Below the pieces are notes generated by a model. It ran no database searches. It had not been told where the DNA came from and worked only from the letters and a program-made list of their open reading frames with translations. A stretch of 64,000 bases of DNA, taken from NCBI GenBank assembly GCA_965603825.1, contig CBFDEM010000043.1, forward strand, positions 248,001 through 312,000, in the 5' to 3' direction. Position 1 is the first letter of the stretch. Every line of letters starts with the position of its first letter. The position numbers and the translations under genes are program-made. Positions 12,301 to 24,950 of this stretch are shown piece by piece. Source of the stretch: Blepharisma stoltei ATCC 30299. Its lineage: Eukaryota > Protista > Ciliophora.

Positions 12301-15300
12301 GCTTATCTCTTCATAGGAACCTTGTATCTTCATCAAAATCTTTTCTGAAATCATAATGTGACAAAATTAAATTCCAATTATTTTCACTAATAATCCCTCT
12401 CTGGACAAGTTCTAATAGTAAAGCCTGCAATTTAATTTCACTTATCATCGAGCCTATTGATTTTAGTTGCTCTTCAATTTGTTCAGAATTTATCATAGAA
12501 TTTTGAACAAAATAAAGTAAAATTAGTACACCAAGATCAAAATAGTTATACCCGAAAATTGATTCTAATGCTTTAATATCAAAAGCTAGTGGGTTTATAG
12601 ATAAAATCAGCTCAATGGTGTATCTACAGCCTGTGCGGCATGCTGGTTCAGCTATTTTTCTAAAAAATGTGTCTTTAATTGTTTGTTTTATAGATTCTGG
12701 CTTATGCAATGCTATAAGATCATTTAATAAGCCATGGTCAAAACCTTTAATTTTTCCTTCTTGCTCAAGTTTACTAAAAGGTGAATCACTGATCCCAAAA
12801 TATTCAAACAAAAATAAAACCACATCATCTCTACCTTGTTCTGCAGCAAAAATCATCACTTTTTTAGAAGGCATTAGCCCACAAGCCCTTAAAATCTGCA
12901 TTCCTCACAAATTATTGGATTTAATCGCTTCTTTATACAAGTTATCAATTATTTTTCCTTCTTCTGAAGTGCTTTTTTCATGATATTTGATAATATCTTT
13001 AATAAGTAAATTGTCCTTCAAAGTACAATATAATAATGGAATATTTTTAGAGCCTATAGCTTTTGATAATCCAAAAATTAAAGGAATTTTTTTCCACGCA
13101 GGAGGGGATTCATAATGGTAATGAGGGGCTAGTGAGGGGTACTTTGGGCAACTGAAAAAAGAAGTACAAAAGGAGTGCTGAAGCAATAGGTAGGATGAAA
13201 TATCAGTAAGTCCATTGCTGAATATAAAATTCATTGGAGTTTTGCTTACATATTTTGATAAGAGGTAAGGTGTAAATCCATAGGCTGTTTTAGCATCAAA
13301 TAGCTCTTTCTGAAGCTCTTCAGGAATCTTATCTATGATTTTTCTAATTAACTGCTCATTCCCATTGATAGCACAATAATGCAATATCCCTAATCCTTTT
13401 CTCTTTACGCTTTCTACAATTTCATTTCCTCTGTAAAATTGAAGCAAATATTCAGCAATTTCTCTGAATCCATGTCTACAAGCCTTATTCAGCAATTTTT
13501 TGCTTTTAACGTACTCCTCTAAATTTTTTATGTTAGAAATCCCTTTAATAAAAGAATCAATTTTTCCTGACATGAAAACAAGAATTAAATTTTCTTCATT
13601 GACTTCACCTAATTTGCTTATAATTTCTCAATTTCCTCTTAAGCATGCTACATCGAGTGGAGTTACTAATAATACTCTTAATTGCTTTTTCCCTAAATAA
13701 GGCTTTAATAATGATAGCCTAACTTGGATATTTATTCTTGCTTTATGCTGTAATAATAGATCTATCATTTTCTCATCACTTCTTTCAGCAGCCCAATGCA
13801 AAGCTGTAGGCAACGTTGCTGTAAAATTTGACCGGGGAGCTTCTTCATTCTTTACTGATGAAGAATCAGAGTCGCTCCAAGGGCCTAAATCTTCATGCTC
13901 TTTATAAGAACTTAGCTCATTTGCATCATATCGAGGCACAAGCTCCCATGGTGGCAAAGCTTGGCACCAATCAGGGTTGGCGCCCATGTCTAATAATTTG
14001 TTAAGTCCTTTTATATCTCCAATTCTAGCTGCAGTTATCAAAATTCCTCCAAAAATGCTTGGCTCAACTTCTAATTTATTTACTAACTGAAATAGAGGAA
14101 CAGCGACATCTAATAAATGATAATGCAGACATATATAAAAAATATGCAAAAATTTCATTTTATTCTGGTGGGTGTTTTCTATGTCCATGATTGATAAATT
14201 TTCTGATAAAAATACCAAAAACTCATTCCATGACTGTTTATGGGTTTTTCTTTCTTCTGGCGAGTTATAATTTGATCCTAATTTAAATAAAAACTTGCTA
14301 CAAGAGCTTCCATAAAATGAATAGAAATTTGGAGCGAATCTATAAATATAACCATTTATTGAAGCTGTAAAAATGTTCAGCAAATCTTCAGATGACTGAC
14401 ACAAGTGTCCCTTTATGTAATCCATAAACCAAGATTGACCATAAAATGAAGCAATAATAAGTGAATCAAATTCCGGTTCTATATCACGCTCAGAATTCAA
14501 TAAAATCTGTAAGACTTGATTATAATCTTGCTGAGAATTTGGAAATATAAAATCCTCAGAACATGATCATTTGGAAGGACTACAAATGTAGCGAGATATT
14601 AGAGGTGCAGATGATATTTGTTTAGGGATATAATTAGGCAATTGGATGTATCTGTCATTAAAAAGTACAGATTCCCCAATTATTGCATAAAGAATTGCCG
14701 ATGAAATTATATCTTTTATGTTTTCTATTTGAGAAGGCAAGTTATCTAGATAAAGCTCTAAAAGTTGCCAGAATCCGTTTAGAGCAGCTATTTCTAATGG
14801 AGTTATTTTATAGTCATCACTTCTCATCTCTTCCTTTTCTGATTTACTGTATTTTTTTACTTCTCTATTATTGCTACATATAATTAAATTGTGATTATTT
14901 GGGGTTGAGAGAATCTCTTTCACCAAATTGCAATTGCATAAAGCTGTGGCTAATTTCAAAGGGTTGCTTTCACCAAGCATTTTTATTAAAGGGGTCAGCT
15001 CTTTTCTTAAATCAGGCGAAAATTTAAAACTGGTCATGACATCAAGACCAAAGCTGATTCAAAAAGTATTTAAATTTGAAGCAAAAATCTTAATAGCCGC
15101 CATGTTTTTTTCAGCAATAGCGGTATAAAATGCTCTATTAATCCCTATTCTTGATTCAACAGCCAAACTAACAAGTTTTTCTAATAAGTTTAATTGATTT
15201 TCTTTCACTAGTTGCTCAGCGATTAATCCTAAAGATTTATTTGTTGGGTTTATCGTTTCCATTAATTTTTCTAGCACTTTCCACCATTTTCTTTTGCTGG

Positions 15301-18300
15301 CTAATAATATGCATTCTTGATACAAATCCGAACTTAAAATGTCTTTGGGTAAATACTTAATAAGAACTAATGCCACATTTTCCTCTTGGTTATGAAGTAG
15401 GCACTCTTTTAATGGATATTTATCAAAAAATTCTAAGTTGTTCTGTCCAATTTGAGAAGATGCGTTTTTCATGTTTAAATTTTTAATTTTATAGGTTTTG
15501 CCTAAGATCTCAGGAATAAAGCATTTTTCAAGCATACTCATAATAGTTTGTTCTGATTGAGAAGATGAAGCTGCAATCATGGGATTGCTGTATGCTGATT
15601 CATTATAATACTGAGATGATGAATTTGGGTTATCTGTCGTTGTGGTATAATAATTTATCAATAATGTTATAACAGCTTCTCTTTTCAGATTTTCTTCAGT
15701 AAGCTGATTCCAAATTTGCATTTTAAAGGGATCATGTAATTTATAGCCCAATAAAGAAACAGCGCAAATGATTTTTGCAAATACTTCTGTTGGTATTGGA
15801 ATTTCATAAGCAATCATAAGCTTTATTATTTTTAGCTGCCCATATTTGCATGCCCGCGTTAACAAATTTTTTGATTTGTCTGTTCAAAGTAACCACTGTG
15901 GCTGATAATCTAATATCTCTTTAATTAATTGAAGAAAATTGTCATTTTCGCAGAGGTAATAAGCTAATGGCCTTTTTTTAATAATAGCATTTTTTGTTGC
16001 ACAGATTAGAGGCTTCATTTCATCATATGCGCTTTTATCATTTCTTTTTAAAAAAAATTGATAAGTTAAGAGTTTTTTAACACTGAAATGCAAATTCTCT
16101 AAAGAAATTCGCCTTAAAATATCAATAAAGACTTTGCTTTTACCTTTAGTGAGGTGCTGAAGTAGGTATTGATTAAATTCGTCTTCAGCTATACTAAATT
16201 CTTTATAAATAACTATCAATTCTAAGAGCTTTGGTAAAATGTCAAACAGTTCTGAGTTAATAAGGAATATAAACCACTTTTTTCTCTGCATAAAGTTAGG
16301 TTTGTGACTATTAATATAGAGTCTATTATCGTATTCAGCTATAACAGTCCTAAATAATTCTTTGTAATTCAATTCTACTGACAGATCTAGTAGACTGCAC
16401 AAGTTAAAGTTATTTGATTCCTCTGCATGATACTGATAAGAGCATTTTATGAGCTCAATTAAAATTACTTCAAAAGACTTGTGAACTGAAATATTTTTTT
16501 TAAATCTTTTAAGCCATTCCAATTTCCCAGCCAATAAAAGGTGTGTTCTCGAAAGAAATGTGGTTTCTTCTGTTTCTATTTCAGTAAAAATTGATTCTGA
16601 TTTTATTAATTTTTTTGAGATTTCAATACTAGGATTATTTGATAAAAAGGTATATGAAAGGTAAAAGTGAGAAAAATAATCTTTGTAGTCAGAACTGTCT
16701 GTAGCATAATAGGTCATGTGCTTTTTCTTAACAATTTTATATAAAAATTCATTAAATCATTCTAACTCTCTGATTTCATGAGTTAAGTCTATTGATATAC
16801 TATTTTTCTCTAATAATTCTCCCATCATATTAAAAATTTCATTTTTCCCAAAATAAATCGTATAGCAGTAAACTTCGATAAAGATTTTCAAAGAATGAGA
16901 GAGACCAATATTATTAATTAAAAACTCCAAAAACGCCCGAACTTGTTCAATCGCATTTTTCTTTACAAGCAATTTCGTAAAGCTAGTTTTGTTTATATTT
17001 CAAAGGGATTTCGCTGAATGATTTCTAATAAAAGATCTAGTAAGCATTTCTTCACTTCCTAATTGCATTAAAAAATGCTCAAGTAAAATCACAATAATTT
17101 GAGGCTTTGTAAAAGAAGAAACAGCAAAAAGACTAAAATCAATTTTCTCATAATTAAGAGATGCTTCTTCGTATGAGTTATGAGTATTTTTGCCTTTTTT
17201 GTCACTTGCTTCAGTATAATAAAAATGAAGTCTATTGTTTTTTGTGAGCGTTTTGATTATTTCTATATCATTTACTAAAATAGCTGCTTCAAGTATTGAT
17301 TTGCCTGAGTTTGTAAATGAATTAGCATTGAACCCATTTGCAATTAAAAAGCCTAGCATCTCAGGTGATTTTTGCTCTATCGCTATTTCAAGAGGGCTAA
17401 CAGGGTATTTCCATTTGAAGTTTTTAAATGTTTCTTTGTCTTGAGTTTTAAAGTAATAAGGCCAACTATTATTAGTTGAGATGAAATATGAAGGAAGTTG
17501 TTTTGTGATTGAGTATAATCCGATAGTTTCGCCATATAAATAAAGTAAAGTTTGCAAGCAATCATTGCTTTCTTCATTTGCAGCTAAAGAAAAAGCATTT
17601 TCTCCCCAGACATCTACAGCTGATATCATATTTTTTAACATATCTTGATTATAATCGCGAAACTTCCTCAAGATTCTGACTTTAGCTTGCGTTTCAATAT
17701 TTTTATTTCTTAATAAGTAATGAATAGGTGTTTTCGCTTCGTTATCAAAAAGGTCGACCGAGTTTTCATACCCTAAAAATAAGTCAATCCTATCTTCTAT
17801 ATCTATCAAGTCAGATTCAAGAATGTACATTATAGCAGATTTTCCTTTAAAATCTCTATAATTTAAATTTTTTGGAGTAATCGACAAATATTGTTTTAAT
17901 TTCGAGAGTTTTGCCTTTATTGAAAACTCTTTTAAAAGTGTAAGCCCTATATCTTCCATCGTATTTATATCTTTACTGAGCTTTTTCTTTGTTCATTTTC
18001 TTGCTTTTTTTAGTAAATCAAAGTCCTCATCCAACGCTTTTTCTCATATTAATGCTTGGAAATCTTTATAATAGATGTTTCAAAAGTCTTCTACAGTCAA
18101 ATCTAAATAATCCTCGTAATAAAAGTCATTACTAGAGCAATATTCCATTAACTTGAATATTTCCAATAAATCAGGCTTTATAAGCAGTGTATGCCAAACA
18201 GTCCTTTGTGAAGAGTCTTTAATTGATCCGAGGCGAGGATTCATTTTCAAAATTGCTTCTAAATTTCTATAATCTCTTTTTTCTGCTAAAAAGTGCAGCA

Positions 18301-18514
18301 CTGTTTTTCCACATAAATCCTGTTGGGCTAAAATTGAAGTATCAAAAGCGAATAAGCCCATAATTAGATGTGATCTTTTAGCCAAGACAAGATGATGAAA
18401 AATATTGAGTAACAAGTGATCTTGGCCTTGCAAAGAGGAGCTTTGAACCTTTAAAAAGGATAGGACTTGAAAGTCATCAGAATTCGAGTAGATTAGCTCT
18501 AAAGCCTCTTCCAT
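6380..18514 (-). CDS. Giant (~4044 aa) ankyrin-repeat / filamin-Ig / HECT E3 ubiquitin ligase
   Basis: All 13 track ORFs from 18514 to 6380 share one frame, and the junctions checked are TGA. Ankyrin motifs (GKTVLHFLA, TALHWAA, TPLDVAC), filamin-like strands, and HECT (EPGIDGGGLSREFF; FLRFVTGSSRIP; LPTASTC). Confidence 0.9.
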
Positions 18515-18556
18515 GTTTATTGCTTAATAATTTACTTATTAATAGAAAAGGATAAA

Positions 18557-19276
18557 TTATAGCTTCTTTCTTTTCCAGCATTGAAGAAGGTAGATTATTG
18601 ATGTCACTGTTCCCAGTATTCCAATTATTGTAGGGTGGAATTTCTTTTTATCTAAATAATAAATCGCAATTGGGATGTCAAATATTGATTTTATCATGAC
18701 CCATTGCAAAAACTCGTTTTTTCTTACCAGTGCTCTATATCTGTCTTTTGATTGTGAAAATTGAGTATGTAGATTTTGGTCTCTCTATATAGAAATTACC
18801 ATTTTTTGAAGCTGGATGTTCCCTTTGTGGACTTTAATTGCATTAATTAGCGCAATTAAGCCGTTATCAATAACCCAGCTCAGGTTCCTTAAAACATACA
18901 CAAGAAACACAGTTTTTGATTCCTGAGGCATATGAATAATTTCAATTTTGTGCAAAAATAAAAAATGATCTGAAAAGTAATAGACTAAAGAGACTAAATT
19001 TTCTAGGGTTTTTGCCAATTTGATTATATCCAAATTCTTATTAGAAAGCCTTCTATATAAAGTTATAAGAACTCCTATTGGCATCCCAAATCGTAAAACT
19101 TTTCTCACCATGTGAAGATTTCCATTAAGTCTCCCTGCTTTTTTGGAAATTTCATTCATATTGGTATACTTCAAGCCTGATTTAATACCGAGAGAGAAAT
19201 ATTGAACTAATCGAATGCATTGCTCTCTAAAATCTGATTGGTTGAGCAAGGATAGATATTTCTCTGCACTTTCCAT
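18557..19276 (-). CDS. PEX11: Peroxisomal membrane protein PEX11 (intron 18785-18799)
   Basis: REQCIRLVQY...RKVLRFG...YYFSDH; removing GTAATTTCTATATAG adds the C-terminus (FDIPIAIYYL...IGILGTVTS...W) to TAA at 18557. Confidence 0.85.
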
Positions 19277-19362
19277 ATTACTATAATATTCATCAATTCC
19301 TAATCTATTTACGAGATCTTTTCAAATTAGTTATCGATTAAAAAATTGTTATTATACCATTA

Positions 19363-20340
19363 TTATTTTCAATTTATAAGTACAGGATTTGGAGCATTTT
19401 GATATTCCCGATCTATTTGCAATAGCTCTTTTCTTGATAAAGTTATATTAAATGCAGCTCGTAATAGTAAATCTGCATCTAAACTAGTCTCAATCCTTCG
19501 AATTCCTGCCAGCAAATTTTCAAAGCTGAGATTTATCAAGTCATTTTTATGAAGTTTAAAAAAACTTAAAAATACCCTGAAAAGTATTTTTGGGCCTTCA
19601 AGCAAAAAGCAATCCCAAATCCTCAAAACTGTGTCGATATTAAAAGAGAAAGTAAACAAGGTCATAAATCACTGCATTGCGTAAATCTGAGGATAAAATT
19701 CCGACTTGGCAAATTTTTTCCATAAGGCAGGCTCATGAAGTTTTAGTAAATAATTGGCTTTGTATAAGCTTTGATATACTTTTGCCATTCCCTGCATATA
19801 ATAGCCTCTCATTTGATAATTATACATGAAGCTTACAAGCATTCAAAACGCGCTTTCTTCATCAACATGCATTAAAAAGACTCCGACTATATATGCCATT
19901 CCTTGGCAGTAGCCGATTTCTGGGTCTAGAAATGCATAAGCTCGTAAAATGTTAGTCAAAGACTGCTGGCCACCTTGACGCACAAATAAAAAATGCTCAG
20001 GAAAAGTACGGCTTACGTCCTTTGTAATGTCAAGCATGCAAGGCGGATCTTCTTCGCGGTTACAGAGCCTAAAATATAGATGATGAGGATAGCTGTTTTG
20101 AACTTCAAGTCCTTTACAGAGCATAAATCAAACTCTTCCACGAACATTACTCGGGATCCCTTTTCTGCATCTTTGCTTAAGAATTTTATATTTTGGAGTT
20201 GAGTAGTTTGAATAGTCAGATCAATTTGATAGCATGTGGTCTCATATTTTAATCTGAGCAGCTGCTTTGGTCTGTGCTGAGGAAATATCTCTTTTGGTTT
20301 GATCTGAAAGAAATCTTGGTCTGTCTATGTAATCTATCAT
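19363..20340 (-). CDS. Rab-GAP TBC domain protein
   Basis: RKGIPSNVRGRVW, DITKDVSRTFP, IGYCQGM, WFMTLF, VLRIWDCFLLEG; several conserved Trp are TGA; TAA at 19363. Confidence 0.9.
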
Positions 20341-20474
20341 TTACTTTTTTAATTAATTACTTTTTTTAAAAATTTTAGGTTTTACCAGTTATTTAAATTT
20401 ATGAATTTAACTTTTATTATTAATGGAGTCTTTTTACTGTTGAAATTCTAGGTTAATAATAAAATTTAAATTGT

Positions 20475-22268
20475 TTAGATTGATTTTTGGCCTTTTTTGG
20501 CTCGTTTGACTAGCCCTTTGATATTCATCAGTGACCTAATATCATTATAGTCAATTTTTCCTTTTGTAATGCATATTTGCTGCAGCTCTTGAACGATCTC
20601 CCAAAATTTTTTCACTTCCAATGTTTTGTCCTTTAATTTATCTCGAAACCCTTCTTTTTGTGTCTTAAAGCTGATTTCTCCTTGCATTTTATTTGCTCTG
20701 CTTCTATCTAATTCCTCCAGAAGTCTTCGGTTATTTTCACAAGACTCATATAGCTTCTCTTTAAGTTGTTTAATTTCTAGACTTAAATTATCACAAATTT
20801 CTGCTCATTCAATTTTCTGCTTATTTTTTATTTCTTCTTTTTTATCAATTTCTGCCATTAGTCTCTCTCTTTCTGAATACAGCTGTCTATCTTTTTCTTC
20901 CAATTCTAAATGAAGCCGCTTTCATTCTTCTCTTACATCAATTTCATTTATTAATTTTTCTCTATCTAAATGAAGCAGCCTATCTTTCTCTTGCAATTCC
21001 CTTTGAAGACTTTCTACTTCTTCTCTATATCTTTTTTTTATGTTTTTATTTTCATCTGATAATTTTTTGATTTCTCTTTGCAAATCTTTATTTTCAGCTC
21101 TTCCTAAATCATCAGTTTTTCTCATATGATTTACTGACTCTTCTAATTGGCTTTGTAGCATTATGATGTCGGATTTAAGTCTTTCAACTTCTCTTTCTCT
21201 TGTTAATTCTAATTTAGAAAGCTTTCCATTATCGCTTTTCCTAGAAGATTCTAATTGTTTTTGAGACTGAGAAAGCATGTCATTTAAGTAGCTTATTTCT
21301 GCTTTTAAGTTGGCTGTTTGAGAAGAATCTATGGATTCTTGAGATTTTATAATTGCTTGGAAGTTTTTTATGTCAGAATGAAGATGATCGATTTCTTCAT
21401 TTTGCTTAATTATTGTGCTTTGAAGTTTATTAATTTCTGCTGATTTCCGCTTAGAATTTTCAATATTTTCATTGCAAGCTTCAGCTACAGATTTTATTTT
21501 TGCTTCAAGTTCAAGAATTTTATCTTTATGCTCTTCTTCAGAAATTTTGCCTTTAGTACTTAAAGATAGCTCTTTGTTGTGCTCAGTTAAAGCTTTTAGT
21601 TGATTTTCGTATTTTTCTTTAGCTTTAGATAAAGCTGCTTCCTTTTCTTCTTGCATTACACTTTTAAGCTCATTTTTTTCTAACGTATAAATTTTGCCAA
21701 GCTGCTCTATCAATCTCAAAACTTCATGGAATGCGAGCACAATTCCTTCTATTCCTATTAAAAGATTCGTCGAAACTCCTTCAATTTCACTTACTTGCTC
21801 GTTTAAATAATCTTTATTATTTGATCCTCTAATTGAATTTAAAGGTTTTTTGATTTTTCTAATATTTTCTATTGTATTTTCTAGAGAGCTATTTTGCTTT
21901 ATCATTAGTTCTTTAATTTTCAGAAACTCTGCCTGGGTTGAAATTTCAGTTTTATAAAGATCGCTCATATCTCATTTTTCTTTAAATTTTTTCGCATTCA
22001 TTCTCTTTTTAAAGTTTGCTGAAAGTTTCGGGGACGTATTTTCCTCCTTAAACATGCTTTTTTTCATTTTATCAATTTCCTCATGATTTATCATTCTTCT
22101 TGATCCATTATCTTCATTTAAATGGAAATTGATCATTTCTTTTGCTTTTTCTCTAAAAGTCTCGAATTTCGAAATAGGTGTTTCTTCATCAAACTTTTCT
22201 TTATAAGGCGCCATTAATTTCCTTTCAAGTATGATTTCTGAAGGCGATTTCTCTCTTACTTTATCCAT
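20475..22268 (-). CDS. Long coiled-coil protein (~597 aa)
   Basis: Three in-frame track ORFs joined across TGA codons; E/K/L heptad composition. Confidence 0.75.
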
Positions 22269-22282
22269 TTATAAAATCAAGC

Positions 22283-22792
22283 ATGGAGGCAAACAAAAAA
22301 TTCGTGGTAGACAAAGGTCATTCTAGAGGTACCCAAATCTCTTCAGAAGAAATAGATCAAGCTCTTAGAGATATCTTAGCATGGCTCTCCACAAATGTCC
22401 CTAACTTTTCACCGCCAGGCCCATCAAACAGAATTAATCAACTACAAAACCCTCCATTAGCTCTTTTAAAAATGCTTCAAAGCCATAACGGAGGAATCCA
22501 GCTCCAAGAAACATTTATCACAATATCTGTTGAAGAAATTCTTGATGCTATCGAGGTAGGTCGAGTATCGATATACTGGAAAAATGGGTATTTTCCATTT
22601 GCCAGAAATATTGATGGCGAATTTTTAGTTGTTGATGGAGAAGGAGGAGTTTTTCATTGGAATTTGGATATTGGGATCGTAGAGCAGGTCGGAGAAAGTT
22701 TGGCACTGTTTTTAGAAACTCTTAGAAATAATATGCTTTCAAGAAAATATCAGTATTTAGATGAAGACTGCGGACTTGTCGAAAGCGTTTAA
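22283..22792 (+). CDS. SMI1/KNR4 (SUKH)-like domain protein
   Basis: P..LLKML..HNGG, YFPFA..IDGEFLVVD...GVFHW, V.ESLALFLE pattern. Confidence 0.6.
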   Translation: MEANKKFVVDKGHSRGTQISSEEIDQALRDILAWLSTNVPNFSPPGPSNRINQLQNPPLALLKMLQSHNGGIQLQETFITISVEEILDAIEVGRVSIYWKNGYFPFARNIDGEFLVVDGEGGVFHWNLDIGIVEQVGESLALFLETLRNNMLSRKYQYLDEDCGLVESV

Positions 22793-22811
22793 ATAATAAA
22801 AATAAAGATAA

Positions 22812-23486
22812 ATGGGCGGAAATTTGTCTCTTGAATGGCTTAAAGGAGCAATTAAAGATGAATTTGAAAGAGTAAGAGAAGATAAGAAAAGAGATTATTT
22901 AAAATTGTCAGAAATTTTACAAATCATTATGCCGCGAGATGTTACGATTTCATTTTTTCATATAGGAACACTATTCACGCTAGATGAAGACAAAGATGGG
23001 AGATTTACTGTTCAAGATTTAGAAAACTATGCAATTTTCTGTTTAAATAAGCAAAAAATATACAAACCGCATGAGATTACCTCGATGATTCAAGGAGCTT
23101 GTACATTGAATATGTGGCAAAACGTTTGCACAGAAGATGGAGAAGATGATTTCGTTGCTTGGCTAGGAAGATTATTATATGAAAACGAAAATGTCGCTTA
23201 TTTTGAATATAAACCTGGCGTTCCATTTATCCAAAGATCAACAATTCTACATATCTATGAAATTTTAAATGTGAAAGCGACTCATGGGGTGGAGTTTCAA
23301 TATTTTTTCGATTTATTACAGCATGCAGCAGAGGAAGATGGTCTTATGAGCATTGATTATGAAGAAATGGACGATTTTGTACCATTAAATATTTGCCAGA
23401 AATTTTCAAGGTATTTTATAAAAGGTTTCGTTAGGCTTATGAATCAGCTTGGATTTGCTCCAGGTGCAAGGCAGTCTATTATATAA
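22812..23486 (+). CDS. EF-hand-containing protein
   Basis: LDEDKDGRFTVQDL EF-hand loop; intact 224-aa ORF. Confidence 0.7.
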   Translation: MGGNLSLEWLKGAIKDEFERVREDKKRDYLKLSEILQIIMPRDVTISFFHIGTLFTLDEDKDGRFTVQDLENYAIFCLNKQKIYKPHEITSMIQGACTLNMWQNVCTEDGEDDFVAWLGRLLYENENVAYFEYKPGVPFIQRSTILHIYEILNVKATHGVEFQYFFDLLQHAAEEDGLMSIDYEEMDDFVPLNICQKFSRYFIKGFVRLMNQLGFAPGARQSII

Positions 23487-24230
23487 TTAATTGTGAGAAA
23501 AATAATCAATAAGTACTTGTTTGAGACCTTCTAAATTAAATTCAGTAGGGACTCCATCACATCTTGCAATTTCTGAGTTATTTCTTAATGCAGTAGCTGT
23601 GGTGTCTCCTATAGCAAACGTTTTTACTGCTCCCCAATTCCAATTTTGGTCAGCTAAATGTTTTGTTGCTGTTTTTACGCCTGATGGACTGAAAAATACG
23701 CAGCCTATTGGCTGGATGTTTTGAATTGAATTTAAAAAACTTTCTTTTCCTACTGGAATTGTGGAATAGCAGCACACTTCTTTGATAGTTATTTCTGCTT
23801 TTTGATATTTTTCATGAGGAAGAGTGCTTTGATTGTCTCCTCCTAAATAAATAAACGAGCCTCCTGGGCCTTGGTCTTCAATAATTTTATCTGCCAGTTC
23901 TGCTGCTCCTCTTGTACCGATTACTTCTGGAGTTTTCCCAAGGATTTCTAAGCATGCTTTCGCAGTGCTTTCTCCAACTGCATATCATTTTAAATGCCTT
24001 AAATCTTGATTAGAACGACTTAATGCAATCACAGCTCTCGGACTTGGAAAAATTATTCCTTTCTCATTTGATAATTCATGTATAGCAGCTCTTAAATTTG
24101 GTTCATATTTTATATAATCGAATTCAAGAACTGGGATGCAAATAATTGATAACCCTAGCTGTTCCAAAGGAGAAATAAAATCTTGAGAAAGGTCTGGATT
24201 TCTAAAAAATAAGAGAGTCTTGTTTTGCAT
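23487..24230 (-). CDS. UROS: Uroporphyrinogen-III synthase (HemD/UROS)
   Basis: IIFPSPRAV, W(TGA)YAVGESTA, FFSPSGV, FAIGDTTATAL motifs in one frame. Confidence 0.9.
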
Positions 24231-24249
24231 ATATTAAATTTCATACAAT

Positions 24250-24723
24250 ATGGATCCAGAAGAGATTAGAAGAAAAAGAAGGGAAAAAGTACTCGCAAGG
24301 GCTGGAGCTACTGTAGAAAGAACTCCTGAGCCAGATGCCACGCCAAAAGAAGAGCAAACCACAAAAGAAAAGTTCATTGAGATGAAGAAAAAAGATAGCA
24401 GGAATGTAATGATCATTTAGAAAATGAAAATAAAGATCAAGAACCTTATCACATGCATTTTAGCCGTTATATTTGGAATTTCTCTTGCCTTTGGATATGA
24501 AGTTAGAGCAATGAGTTATTTTCTGCTGCTTATTATAGGCTTCAAGTTTATTGATTTCGTCTCTACAGATATCAGCATATCTAATAGATCAGTTCATATT
24601 GTTGAAAAATGTGCAAATGTATATCAAGTGATAGATGATATTTTTAAAAGTATCGCTCTTTTTGTGTTCACATTAACAATGACTTTAACATTAAGCCTAT
24701 CAATTGTGCAGAAAATAAAATAA
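24250..24723 (+). CDS. Small membrane protein with basic N-terminal helix and ~3 C-terminal TMs, possibly GET2/CAML-like (intron 24406-24420)
   Basis: ATG 24250 MDPEEIRRKRREKVLARA; removing GTAATGATCATTTAG joins track ORF 24424. The family call rests on architecture only. Confidence 0.55.
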
Positions 24724-24950
24724 CTTTTATCATATTTATTATAAGGCTGTGTATGATTAAAATATTAATTTCAATTGAAATTTAATATAGAAAATAAATA
24801 TCAGGGTTGCTTAAGCTTTTAGTTTTTTATATCTTGTATTAAAATTGTTTATATTTCGTGCTTCAAAGTCTATTTATCTGTAATTTCGGCTTATAAAGCA
24901 TTTAAATCTTTAAGTTTCGCTAATAATAAGTGTTGTAAATATACGTTAAA

